A DNA stretch of 64,000 nucleotides from Dehalococcoidia bacterium (GTDB taxonomy: Bacteria; Chloroflexota; Dehalococcoidia; UBA2979): assembly GCA_965219085.1 (NCBI GenBank), contig OZ244720.1:608001-672000 (forward strand), in the 5' to 3' direction. Position numbers and translations under genes: made by a program. This document shows positions 30,101 through 38,822 of the stretch, piece by piece (position 1 is the first letter of the stretch; the number at the start of each line of letters is the position of its first letter). The notes below the pieces were generated by a model. The model had not been told where the DNA came from, did no database searches, and saw only the letters and a list, made by a program, of their open reading frames with translations.

Positions 30101-33100
30101 AAGGCCGCGGTCGACGTGACCATCACCGTCAGCAACGTGAACGAGCCGGGGAGCGTGTCGCTGTGGCCCCTGCAGCCCGAGGCCGGCACAGCGCTCACGG
30201 CCACGCTGGACGACTCGGACGGCGGCGTGCAGTCGCTGACCTGGGCGTGGCACAAGTCCTCGGACCGCAGCACGTGGACCAGCCTCTCCGGCAGCGGAGA
30301 CAGCTACACGCCGGTGGACGGCGACGTCGGGGCGTACATCCGGGCCAGGGCCTCCTACACCGACGCCGGCGGCTCGGGCCGGACCGCCGAGGCCGTGTCG
30401 GATCAGACGGTCGTGCGCGCGCCGGAGATCACCGTCGTCGAACTCGTGACCGGCCTCAGCATCCCCTGGGACCTCGCCTTCACGCCCGACGGGACGATGC
30501 TCTTCACCCAGCGGTCAGGCGTGCTGAGCAGCCGTCTCGGCGACGGCACGGTGCAGACCGTCAGCGCCGACTTCGGCGACCTCTACGCCTTCGGCGAGAC
30601 CGGGCTGATGGGCATCGTCGTTGATCCCGCGTTCGCCTCGAACCGGCGCTTCTACACCTGCCAGGGCCACACCGGTCCCGAGATCCAGGTGATCGCCTGG
30701 ACCATCGACGCGGACTACACGACGGCCACGCGGGTCGCCGATCCGCTGGTCGGAGACCTGCCCGCCGCCTTCGGCGGCCGCCACGGCGGCTGCCGGCTGC
30801 GCTTCGGCCCGCAGGGCTACCTCTGGATCGCGACCGGCGACGCCGCGACGGGCACCGTCCCGCAGGACCTGGGCTCGCTCGGCGGCAAGGTGCTGCGCGT
30901 CAACGCCGCGACGGGCGCCGCGGCGCCGGGCAACCCGTTCAACTCGCGGGTCTACAGCTACGGACACCGCAACGTGCAGGGCCTGGCGCTCCGTCCGGGC
31001 ACGAGCCAGATGTGGTCGGTCGAGCACGGCCCGTTCGTCGACGACGAGATCAATCTGCTGGTCTCCGGCGGCAACTACGGCTGGAACCCCGTGCCCGGCT
31101 ACAACGAGAGCGTGCCCATGACCGACCTCGAGGAGTTCCCCGGCGCGGTCGAGGCCGTGTGGTCGTCGGGCGCCCCGACGCTGGCCACCAGCGGCGGCAT
31201 CTTCCTCGAGGGCGACGACTGGGGCGCGTGGGAGGGGCGGCTGGCGGTCGCCACGCTGGCGGCCGCCGAGCTGCATGTCTTCAAGTTCAGCGCCGACGGC
31301 GCGCTCATGAGCCAGGTCGTCGTCGCCGAGCTCGATGGTACCTACGCCCGGCTGCGGACGCCCATGCTCGGTCCCAACGGCGCCCTCTACGTCACCACCT
31401 CGAACACAAGCTCGGACCGCATCCTGCTGGTCGCCCCCAGCCTGCCGCCGGCGTTCCCGGCCGCGACGGACACGCAGGAGGTGGCCGAGAACAGCCCCAC
31501 CTCGACGGTCGTCGCCACGGTCACGGCCACGGACCCGGAAGGCCAGGCCCTCACGTACACGCTGGGCGGGACCGACGCGGCGCTCTTCAACATCGCGGAC
31601 CCCGCCGGCGGCCAGGTGCGGGCCAATACGCCGCTCGACTACGAGGCCCAGAGTTCGTACCAGGTCGTCGTCACGGCCTCGGACCCCTACGGCCTGAGCG
31701 ACAGCATCACGCTGACCATCAACGTCAGCAACGTCGTCGAACTGACGACGCTCACGGGTCCGGCGAGCGTCAGCTACGCGGAGAACGGGGCGCTCCGCGT
31801 GGCCACCTATACCGCCTCGTCCCCGGAGCACAGTGAGAGCATTGCTTGGTCGCTGTCGGGCGTCGACGCCGCGCACTTCAGCGTCGACAACCCCGCCGGC
31901 GTGCTCAGATTCCACATCGACCCGACCGCCCCCAACCTCTTCCCGCAACCGCCCGACTTCGAGGACCCGGCCGACGCCGGGAGCGACAATGCCTACCAGG
32001 TGACGCTGACAGCCTCGGAGGGGGCGGACAGCGTCACCAGGCAAGTCAGCGTCAGCGTCAGCGACGAGAACGAGGCGGGCGTGGTCACCATCTCGCCGGT
32101 GCGACCCCGCGTCGGAACGGCGCTGACCGCGACCCTGACCGACCCCGACGGCAGCACGTCGGGCGTTGCCTGGACCTGGCAGCGCTCGACCGGGCCCACG
32201 ACCTGGGCCGCCATCGACGGGGCCAACTCGAACAGCTACACGCCGACCGCCGCCGACGCGGGACACTACCTGCGCGTCACGGCGACCTACAGCGATGACC
32301 ACGGCGCCGGTCAGACCGCCGGGGCGGTGGCGCCGTACACGCCGCTGGCCCACCAGTTGAGTGCGCTCTCGGTCGCCGGTCCGGCGCGCGGCCCGTACCC
32401 GGCCTTCGACCCGGACGTGCTCCACTACGCCATGGAGTGCGCCGCCGGCCAGACCATCACGCTGACGTTGTCCGCGGCGCAGTCGAGCACGCGGCTGGCG
32501 GTCAACGGGGTGCAGCGGCCCAGCCGGAACGCGGTGGTGGAGTTGACGGGGCTCGACGGCCACAGCGACATCCCCATCACCCTCAGCGGCGGCCAGGGCG
32601 GCGCCACGACGTACGTCCTGCACTGTTTCGAGGAGGACTTCCCGGACATCTCGACGGAGCAGGGGCCCGGCGCCACGGAAGAGCTGATTGGTTTCTCCCT
32701 CAATACCAACCCACCCTCCGGCAGATATGCCTACATGATGATCGTCGACAACAACGGGGTTCCCCGGGTCCACCGCCGATTCGGCCACCGCGTGACCCAC
32801 TTTCGGCCCCAGAACAGCGAGACGTATCCATTCTCCTATTCGGTGCCGGACGCAGACACGAAGCACGTGTGGGTCCTGGTCGACCGGGCTCTGAACGAGT
32901 TGGGCCGCGTGATCACCGTCGCGCCCCTGCTGGAGACCGATAAGCACGACTTCATCATCCTCGACAACGGGGACTACCTGCTGCTGTCCTACGAGCCGGT
33001 GCTGCGCGACTTCAGCTACCTGGTTGACAGCGACGGCAATCCGGCGCCTCCGAATCCGGACAGATCCGATGGGCTGTACCCCGTTACGGACACGGCAATC

Positions 33101-36100
33101 CAGATCAGGACCGCGGCGGGGGCGGCGAAGCTCACCTGGTACTCATGGGACCACATGGCGGCGCAGGACTGCGGGGGGAACCCGTTCGTCGCAGGCGACT
33201 GGGCACACGGCAATTCACTCTGGTTGGCCGACGGCGTCATCGTCGCCTCGTTCCGGCAGTGCGGGAAAGTGCTGGCCATCGACGCGGCGACCGGAGACGT
33301 CGTGTGGCGGCTGGGCCGCAGCTACCGCTCGCCCGAGGAGTGGGGGAGCGACGAACTGAGCGGGCACGGCCGCGGCGCGGGCCCGGCGCCGATGACCATC
33401 CTCAACGACCGCTATGGGGGGTTCTGCGGACAACATTCCGCGCAAGTCCTGGACAACGGGCATCTCCTGCTCTACGACAACGGCTTTCCCTGCATCCGGG
33501 ATCCGGCAACGGGACTCAACTGGCGGACGAGCGGGGAGTTCAGCCGGGCGGTGGAGTACGCCATCGACTCCGGCAACGGCGAGGCCATCTTCCAGCGCCA
33601 TCATTCGCTCCACGGGGACTTCAACAGGGGGGCGTGGGCTGCCGGCCTCGTCGAACCGATGGACAACGGTGACTGGCTGGTCAGCTGGGGCTTCAACGAC
33701 GGTGAAAGGATCACGGCGCTGCCTCCCGACGAGTCAATGACGCAGGTGGATCCGGACACGGGCACTGAAAAGTTCTCGATCAATATCCAGATCGACCACA
33801 GCGGGGAAGAGAACATCAATGTCCGTGCCTACCCGCTCAGTCCAACCGTGCTGGCGGACGAGCCCCTCGCGCTCGAAGCTGCGCTTCCGGCCAGCAGCCA
33901 CTCGTTGCTGTTCAACCCCGGCGCTCCCCAGGTCGTGGTGGCGTTCAGCCGCCCCGTCGTGGACTTCGACGCCGACACGACGTCGGTCAGCATCACGGGC
34001 GCGACGGTCGCGAGCGCCGGCGCGCACGTCATGGCGGGCCAGCCGGCCAACGCCTACCGCTTCACCCTCACGCCCGATGCGATGGGCACGATCACCTTCC
34101 GCCTCGTCGCCGATCAGCCCTGCGCCGGCGGCGGCATCTGCACCGCGGATGGAACCGTGTTGTCGGCCGGTGTGACCGTCACCATCGACAGGCCGGAACA
34201 CCCCGAGAACAGCACGAGGACGTCCGTCGCCGTCTCCACGGCCGGCGTCACGCTCGCCGGACCCGACAGCGCCGCCTTCGAGATCCGCGGCGGCGCGCTC
34301 CAGTTCCGCACCGCGCCCGACTTCGAGTCCCCGGCGGACGATGGCGGGGACAACAGCTACCAGGTCATGATCGTGGATAGTGGGAACCCCACGAGCCTGC
34401 GGGCCGTGACCATCGCCGTCAGCGACGTGAACGAGGCGCCGGCCTTCCCGGCCGGCGAGAGCGGCGCCCGCAGCATCCCCGAGAACACGGCTGCCGGCCT
34501 GAACATCGGCGCGCCGGTGGCGGCCACGGACGACGACAACGACGCGCTGACCTACACGCTGGGCGGAACGGACGCCGCGTCCTTCAGCATCGGTGCCTCG
34601 ACGGGCCAACTGCGCACCGATGCTGCGCCGGATCACGAGACGAAGAGCACCTACACGGTCAGCGTCGGGGTCCGCGACAGCCGGGACGCCAGCGGCAACC
34701 CGGACACGGCCACGGACGCCACGATCACGGTCACGATCGCCATCACCGACGTGAACGAGCCGCCGGCCATCAGTGGCGAAGCGGCCATCGACTTCGCCGA
34801 GCACGGCACGGGGATCGTCGCCACCTACACCGCCACCGACCCGGAGGACCGCACGCTCATCTGGGAGCCGCTGGCGGGGCCGGACCGCGGCCACTTCACT
34901 TTCAGCGGCGGCGTGCTGGGCTTCGTCGCGCCGCCCGACTTCGAGTCGCCGGCGGACTCGGGCGAGAACAACGAGTACCTGGTGCGAGTGCGGATCTCCG
35001 ACGGCGTGAACGACGACACACTCGACGTGACGGTGACCGTCACGAACGAAGAGGAGGCGGGGACGCTCACGCTGTCCTCGCAGCAGCCGCTGGTGGGCAC
35101 CTTGCTGACCGCCACGCTCGACGACCCCGACGGCGACATCACGAGCCTGTCGTGGACATGGGAGCGCTCGCAGAACCGGAGCAACTGGAGCGAGATCGAC
35201 GGCGCCACGACCGAGAGCTACACGCCGGCGGGCGACGACCTCGACCACTACCTGCGGGTGACGGCCTCGTATGACGACGGCGAGGGCGCCGACAAGAGCG
35301 CGCAGGAGACCTCGGACGAGCGGACGCAGGCCGCGCCGGTGATGAACGAGCCCCCCGCGTTCGCCGCCCAGATCACGCCCCGCTCGATCGAGGAGAACTC
35401 GGCCGAAGGCACGCCCGTCGGCGACCCGGTCACGGCCACGGACCCCGACGCCGACACGCTGTGGTACACGCTCTCGGGCATCGGCATCGCTGCGGACCTC
35501 TTCAGCATCGAGGGCGGCAGCGGTCAGATTCGGGTCGGGCAGGGCGCCGTGCTGGACTACGAGGCGCTGGGCGACGGGACGGGAACGTCCTTCTTCTACA
35601 CCGTCGCCGTCACCGCCGCGGACCCCTCGAACGCCAGCGCCAGCATCCTCGTCACGATCACCGTCACCGACGTCAACGAGCCGCCCGAGGCGACTGGCGA
35701 CGACGCCACGACCGATGAGGACACGGCGACCACGATCGATGTGCTGTTCAACGACAGCGACCCCGAGGGCGACACCCTGACCGTCTCGGTGAGCACGCCG
35801 CCCGCAAGCGGTGCGGTGACGGTGGAAGCCGACAACAGCATCACGTACGCGCCCGACGCCGACTTCCACGGCGTGGACACGTTCACCTACCAGGCGTCCG
35901 ACGGCGTCCACTCGTCCGCCGAGGCCATGGTCGTCGTGACGGTGAACCCGGTGAACGACCCACCCGACTTCCCCGCCGCTACGGCCGAGCGCTCCGTGGC
36001 CGCCAACGCAGCGGGAGGCAGGGAAGTCGGTCTACCGGTCGAGGCCACGGACCGCGACGGCGACACGCTCACCTATGTGCTCGCCGGCGCCGCGGGCCTC

Positions 36101-38161
36101 TTCGACATCGACCCGGACACGGGCCAGATCACCGTGGGTGTGGGAACCGTGCTCGACGCCTCGGTCCAGGACTCCTACCTGGTGACCGTGACGGCCACTG
36201 ACCCCTCCAGCGAGGAGGCGAGCATCGAGGTCACGATCACCGTGTCCAGCGCCGGCCCCACCGGCCCCGGCCCCGGCGGTGGCGGTGGCGGCGGCGGCGG
36301 TGGGCCGTCGGGGCCCTCGCCGAGCGAGCTGGACTTCGAGTGGAACGTGAAGCGCGACCTCGAGGCGCTGGACGGCGGCCACGACACGCCTACCGGCGCC
36401 TGGTCGGACGGCACGGTCCTCTGGGTACTCGAGAACGGAGACGGCGCCGGCGACGCCGTCTACGCCTACGACCTGAACACGGGCGAACGCCTGGAGGAGC
36501 GCGAGTTCGAACTCGACGAGCGCAACCGCGCGCCGCGCGGCGTCTGGTCCGGCGGCACGGTCATCTGGGTCTCCGACAGCGGCCAGGACCGCCTCTTCGG
36601 CCATGACCTCGAGACGGGCGAGCGGCTGCCGGAGCGCGACCTCGAGCTCGACGAGGACAACGGCGCCGCCCGCGGCATCTGGTCGGATGGCGAGAGGATG
36701 TGGGTGCTCGACGGCGGCAAGGACAGCCTCTTCGCCTACGACCTCGGGAGCGGCGCGCTGGTGGCCGAGTACGCCCTCGACGACGCCAACGGCGACCCTC
36801 ACGGGATCTGGTCGGACGGGGTGACGATCTGGGTCTCGGACCACGGCGCGAAGCGGCTCTTCGCCTACCGCCTCGAGGATGGGGAGCTCGTACGCAACAG
36901 CGAGGAGGAGTTCACGGAGCTGAGCAAGGCCTCCAACAACAGCCCGCGCGGCATCTGGTCGGACGGCGAGGTGATCTACGTGGCCGACGAGAGCGACGAC
37001 AAGGTCTACAGCTACAACATGCCCGACGCGATCGACGCGCGCCTCGCCTCGCTGACGCTGAGCGGCATCGAGATCGGGGAGTTCTCGGGGGACCGCACGG
37101 AGTACGACGGCGTCGCCGCCGAGGGCGTGACGGAGACGACGGTCGAGGCGGAGGCGCTGCAGCGCCGCACGACCGTCCTCATCGAGCCGGCCGACGCCGG
37201 CGGCGACGACACGAACGGCCACCAGCTGGCGCTGGAGGGCATCGACGCGATCACGGTCATCGTGACCTCGGCCGACGGCAGCCGCACGCGCGTCTACCGC
37301 GTGCGGCTGGAAGGCGGCGCGGCACAGGAAGCGCCCTGGCCGGAGTGCCTGCGCGGCGACATCGCCGCGGGCTTCAGCACCGTCGTCTACGCAGGCGGCA
37401 GCGTCGAGGAGCTGGAGGCCTGCGTGCGGAGCCTGCACGTCACCGCCCTCTACGTGCTCGACGAGGGCGAGTTCGTCTCCTACATCCTCGGCGCGCCTGC
37501 GTTCGTGAACCAACCGTTCGTCGAGCTGTTCGCCGACGGCCTTCCGCCCGTCACGCCGCTGGTCGCCGCAAGCAAGGGGCCGCCGCCCGGGGCGGACACG
37601 GACGGCGCCGGCGCGCGCCTCGCCGCGCTCACGCTGAGCGGCGTCGCCATCGGCGAGTTCTCGGGCGAGCGCACGCAGTACGCCGGCGCCGCGGGCGAGG
37701 GCGTGACGCAGACGACGGTCGGGGCCGCAGCCGTGCAGCACACGGCGCGCGTCCTCATCGAGCCCGCCGACGGCGACGGCGACGCGGCGAACGGCCACCA
37801 GGTGGGTCTGGAGGAGGGCGCGGAGATCGTCGTCACCGTGACCTCTCAGGACGGCAGCCGCACCAGGGTCTACCGGGTGTGGGTCGGGAGCGCAGAGGAA
37901 GAGCGGGAGCCCGCGCCGGAGTGCCTGCGCGGCGGCATCGCCGCGGGCTTCAGCCTCGTCGTCTACGAGGGTGGCGGCGTCGGGCAGTTGGAGGCCTGCG
38001 CGCGGAGCCTGCACGTCAGCGCCCTCTACGTGCTCGACGAGGGCGTGTTCGTCTCCTACATCCTGGGCGCGCCTGAGTTCGTGAACCGGCCCTTCCACGA
38101 GCTGTTCCCGCACGGCGTTCCGCCCCTCACGCCGCTGGTCGCCGCAAGCGACGGGCCATAG
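24131..38161 (+). CDS. Giant surface protein G2: signal peptide, FN3, PPC-like, kexin-like S8 protease + P domain, 6 FN3, Spondin_N, PQQ sugar dehydrogenase, arylsulfotransferase, cadherins, C-terminal cassette
   Basis: Signal peptide ..GLARA|QA; triad VAVVDDG/HHGTSTAG/FGGTSAATP, oxyanion FAAGNG; P domain LESPSGA..HLGENAAGTWTL; Spondin HFSPLIGAVH..MIAPSPDWFVG..PWDAGTEDG; GSDH HGGCRLRFGP..YGHRNVQG..EHGP..DEIN; ASST HDF..HGNS..QHSA. Confidence 0.93.
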   Translation: MRPLALVTACVLLGVAAATGLARAQAPPPVAAPTIDSVTPGERSLIVDWTAPAGVDAADILAYDVRSIESDAANKAASFWTVLEDAWIPGAGDLSWIIFPLTNDTQYDVQVRAFTEDGEGDWSDTVTGTPVANSGDRTGATPLPLNSTAIAVLTEDDQDFFKIEVTGDDTVDLWIYTISDLDTVGELQDSAGNMIARNDDGQRPDSPQDFVIREQVGAGTYYVTVHGYRPTVVGAYAVVLRTAPSVGGTIDRATTITLGDDVPGRIDWSTNNDFFRIDLTSAADLWIASSGYTDVVGELWDADRVLIARNDDSYLYRSGLNFAIWHEVKAGTYYIKVNGYASYVANTGAYTLHTGTILPPGDSIGSAQPISGVLIPGRVRTATDAHYYSLFVGSDTQVYIEADVGPNPMFSPEQPVSLAAQILDVHGNELDIYQIPHSAYIEDGRSFISFSINGKLPVGTHYLKIWSPSGGTGPYMLLVFGSTGYNRFINGCTDASASLDVPGVNDALYGCQWHLHNGGQYEGGAGEDINVEAVWTTNMGAGVNVAVVDDGIHFEHEDLTENAAPSRNRNYSTRADIFDPFEHHGTSTAGLIAARDNSIGMRGVAPRATIYGYNLFADFTDANTVDAAFRMAQGGEAGDETTDVSSNSWGPTPTAGPRSTSASWEMAVQNGVTSGANGKGIFYAFAAGNGHYVTHHANLNGRANYYAVTAVCAVNYDDVRSGYSEMGANLWVCAPSNDDNLPEIATTYGGHLYTDEFGGTSAATPIVSGVAALLRTANSSLTWRDLKLILAASARKNDADNTGWAQGALEYGSDSEHYFFNHEYGFGVVDAGAAVALAADWTNVPALREISAESAGTDLHIPDAPSDTIPGTTVSSSLTIGNHVGFVEFVEIHTTFDHESFRELEVELESPSGARSTLTWVFDRIYHRPVEETIRFGSARHLGENAAGTWTLHITDHLDTRTGTLEGWSLTVYGHGLSPGRPGISALTPAVGELAVEWSAPADIGGSAVTGYDLRYIESDAADRAATNWTLVEGAWTSGALEYTLGSLDPTVRYDVQVRAANDAGPGPWSDAVAGTTLALALPSVASVTPDDRSLTVAWTAPAQSGGEPIAAYDLRYIETSEDEAVDADWTVVDSAWTGGALAYTISALDNGTRYDVQVRAVTTSNGDWSASLTGTPRTVPAAPAIDDVTWGDQELTVVWTAPSSDGGAAITTYDVRYIETSEDEAVGANWTVLDGVWAAGALHHVLTGLENGTQYDLQVRAVNAAGEGPWSATTARRPRTVPGAPTIDSVTGGQRSLSVEWSAPASDGGADVSSYHLRYRPTNTEGKPSIVQWTLLADIWTSGALEYTISGLEHATQYDVRMRAVNLVDEGEISELAQGSTLSLAPTVASVTPDDGSLTVAWTAPTSVASTEITAYDVRWIRSDAPGKPADHWDLQLLAWETSGALQYTISGLANGVAYDVGVRPVTSAGEGDWSLSWSGTPRTLPAAPAIDSVTPDAGSLTIVWAAPASDGGAAITSYAVRSIRSDAASKADGNWTVQDDAWTSGALQYTLSGLDSGVAYDVQVRAVNAAGDGPWSATQAGETATDDDASLSALTLSEGRLSPAFAGGTTSYTASVGYTVTPLTVTATANDASAAVAFLDGSDDPLPDADGNAAGHQVDLSVGDNAINLQVTARDGTTTLTYSLTVTRAEEDTSLTPPASDPVVAVASSAVYTITFTGTWTTAVTPDGRPGSAHFSPLIGAVHSAEVSFLKSGELASAGVESMAETGGTSDLRSEVDTAINASPPTALSVLRRSGNIGATGTGTLNNVKLTSEHPRVTLTTMIAPSPDWFVGISGRLLLDAAGEWLPSHTLNLYPWDAGTEDGTGFSLSNSATSPQGVITSIRGTGKFTIAPIATLTFTRQSVSPSFPAAESGARGIPENTAAGENIGAPVAATDPDGHTLTYALGGTDADSFGIVATSGQLRTKAALDHEAKSSYSVTVTATDTTGLKAAVDVTITVSNVNEPGSVSLWPLQPEAGTALTATLDDSDGGVQSLTWAWHKSSDRSTWTSLSGSGDSYTPVDGDVGAYIRARASYTDAGGSGRTAEAVSDQTVVRAPEITVVELVTGLSIPWDLAFTPDGTMLFTQRSGVLSSRLGDGTVQTVSADFGDLYAFGETGLMGIVVDPAFASNRRFYTCQGHTGPEIQVIAWTIDADYTTATRVADPLVGDLPAAFGGRHGGCRLRFGPQGYLWIATGDAATGTVPQDLGSLGGKVLRVNAATGAAAPGNPFNSRVYSYGHRNVQGLALRPGTSQMWSVEHGPFVDDEINLLVSGGNYGWNPVPGYNESVPMTDLEEFPGAVEAVWSSGAPTLATSGGIFLEGDDWGAWEGRLAVATLAAAELHVFKFSADGALMSQVVVAELDGTYARLRTPMLGPNGALYVTTSNTSSDRILLVAPSLPPAFPAATDTQEVAENSPTSTVVATVTATDPEGQALTYTLGGTDAALFNIADPAGGQVRANTPLDYEAQSSYQVVVTASDPYGLSDSITLTINVSNVVELTTLTGPASVSYAENGALRVATYTASSPEHSESIAWSLSGVDAAHFSVDNPAGVLRFHIDPTAPNLFPQPPDFEDPADAGSDNAYQVTLTASEGADSVTRQVSVSVSDENEAGVVTISPVRPRVGTALTATLTDPDGSTSGVAWTWQRSTGPTTWAAIDGANSNSYTPTAADAGHYLRVTATYSDDHGAGQTAGAVAPYTPLAHQLSALSVAGPARGPYPAFDPDVLHYAMECAAGQTITLTLSAAQSSTRLAVNGVQRPSRNAVVELTGLDGHSDIPITLSGGQGGATTYVLHCFEEDFPDISTEQGPGATEELIGFSLNTNPPSGRYAYMMIVDNNGVPRVHRRFGHRVTHFRPQNSETYPFSYSVPDADTKHVWVLVDRALNELGRVITVAPLLETDKHDFIILDNGDYLLLSYEPVLRDFSYLVDSDGNPAPPNPDRSDGLYPVTDTAIQIRTAAGAAKLTWYSWDHMAAQDCGGNPFVAGDWAHGNSLWLADGVIVASFRQCGKVLAIDAATGDVVWRLGRSYRSPEEWGSDELSGHGRGAGPAPMTILNDRYGGFCGQHSAQVLDNGHLLLYDNGFPCIRDPATGLNWRTSGEFSRAVEYAIDSGNGEAIFQRHHSLHGDFNRGAWAAGLVEPMDNGDWLVSWGFNDGERITALPPDESMTQVDPDTGTEKFSINIQIDHSGEENINVRAYPLSPTVLADEPLALEAALPASSHSLLFNPGAPQVVVAFSRPVVDFDADTTSVSITGATVASAGAHVMAGQPANAYRFTLTPDAMGTITFRLVADQPCAGGGICTADGTVLSAGVTVTIDRPEHPENSTRTSVAVSTAGVTLAGPDSAAFEIRGGALQFRTAPDFESPADDGGDNSYQVMIVDSGNPTSLRAVTIAVSDVNEAPAFPAGESGARSIPENTAAGLNIGAPVAATDDDNDALTYTLGGTDAASFSIGASTGQLRTDAAPDHETKSTYTVSVGVRDSRDASGNPDTATDATITVTIAITDVNEPPAISGEAAIDFAEHGTGIVATYTATDPEDRTLIWEPLAGPDRGHFTFSGGVLGFVAPPDFESPADSGENNEYLVRVRISDGVNDDTLDVTVTVTNEEEAGTLTLSSQQPLVGTLLTATLDDPDGDITSLSWTWERSQNRSNWSEIDGATTESYTPAGDDLDHYLRVTASYDDGEGADKSAQETSDERTQAAPVMNEPPAFAAQITPRSIEENSAEGTPVGDPVTATDPDADTLWYTLSGIGIAADLFSIEGGSGQIRVGQGAVLDYEALGDGTGTSFFYTVAVTAADPSNASASILVTITVTDVNEPPEATGDDATTDEDTATTIDVLFNDSDPEGDTLTVSVSTPPASGAVTVEADNSITYAPDADFHGVDTFTYQASDGVHSSAEAMVVVTVNPVNDPPDFPAATAERSVAANAAGGREVGLPVEATDRDGDTLTYVLAGAAGLFDIDPDTGQITVGVGTVLDASVQDSYLVTVTATDPSSEEASIEVTITVSSAGPTGPGPGGGGGGGGGGPSGPSPSELDFEWNVKRDLEALDGGHDTPTGAWSDGTVLWVLENGDGAGDAVYAYDLNTGERLEEREFELDERNRAPRGVWSGGTVIWVSDSGQDRLFGHDLETGERLPERDLELDEDNGAARGIWSDGERMWVLDGGKDSLFAYDLGSGALVAEYALDDANGDPHGIWSDGVTIWVSDHGAKRLFAYRLEDGELVRNSEEEFTELSKASNNSPRGIWSDGEVIYVADESDDKVYSYNMPDAIDARLASLTLSGIEIGEFSGDRTEYDGVAAEGVTETTVEAEALQRRTTVLIEPADAGGDDTNGHQLALEGIDAITVIVTSADGSRTRVYRVRLEGGAAQEAPWPECLRGDIAAGFSTVVYAGGSVEELEACVRSLHVTALYVLDEGEFVSYILGAPAFVNQPFVELFADGLPPVTPLVAASKGPPPGADTDGAGARLAALTLSGVAIGEFSGERTQYAGAAGEGVTQTTVGAAAVQHTARVLIEPADGDGDAANGHQVGLEEGAEIVVTVTSQDGSRTRVYRVWVGSAEEEREPAPECLRGGIAAGFSLVVYEGGGVGQLEACARSLHVSALYVLDEGVFVSYILGAPEFVNRPFHELFPHGVPPLTPLVAASDGP
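36260..38161 (+). repeat. Shared C-terminal cassette, copy in G2 (extra beta-sandwich between the CLRG domains)
   Basis: Same Gly linker and GPSPSELDFEWNVKRDL start. Confidence 0.95.
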
Positions 38162-38345
38162 GCCCCCCTCGGAGCACGACACCGCTGCCACTGAGCGCGG
38201 CCGAGTTCGCTCCGCCTTCCGCGCAGAACGCTCTTGCCTGGCAAGCGGCGTGCGAGCTGCACTCCGCAGTGCGCCACCGCGTCGCTGGTTCTCAGGCAGT
38301 CGCTCATTGCCTGAGAGAGGCCACAAGGCCCTCAATCCATGGACA

Positions 38346-38421
38346 GTCACGATATGTTCACACAATAAAGTCGTAAGTTCACGCCTCGTGCACTGACACC
38401 GAACCAACGAGCAGGAACAAT
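38346..38421 (+). promoter_or_regulatory. Conserved promoter/direct-repeat element upstream of G3
   Basis: GTCAC 38346, TTCAC 38357, 38378, TGCAC 38389; CTGACA 38393-98, N17, AACAAT 38416-21. Confidence 0.75.
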
Positions 38422-38822
38422 TGCCCCGTTGAACCTGGGAGAGCGCAACACGCTCGCGCGAGGGGGCAACTGGTGCGTCGGACGGTCGCGAAGTCGAACG
38501 GGAACGCTCGGCAGGCAGGCGCAACTGCGCTGAACGAGCGCGCGTGTGGGTGTCGCGCCCGCGCTGCCAGAACGAACGTCCCCCCAAACTTGTTCCACCC
38601 GGATCGCGCCAGGCCGGTCCGGTTCCTTCGCCCGGCCCTAACGCTCTCGCCTCGCCGCACGCGCGGAGCGCACCCGTGCAGCAAGACGAACCACCGTCGC
38701 ACGTGATGCCCCAGAGATTGAGGGCCGTGGCGCCACCCCTCGCGAGCCGACGCTGCCGACGCGAGGAGGCCCAGCGGCGGCCACCCGCGCCGGGCGGGAG
38801 CACACACACCCGAGGCACAACG

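Noticed and set aside
38544-38822. Track start of G3 at 38544 (and the lipoprotein start at 15682)
   Set aside because: Signal peptides begin at ATG 38823 and 15739; the G3 extension is not conserved in frame in the G5 paralog
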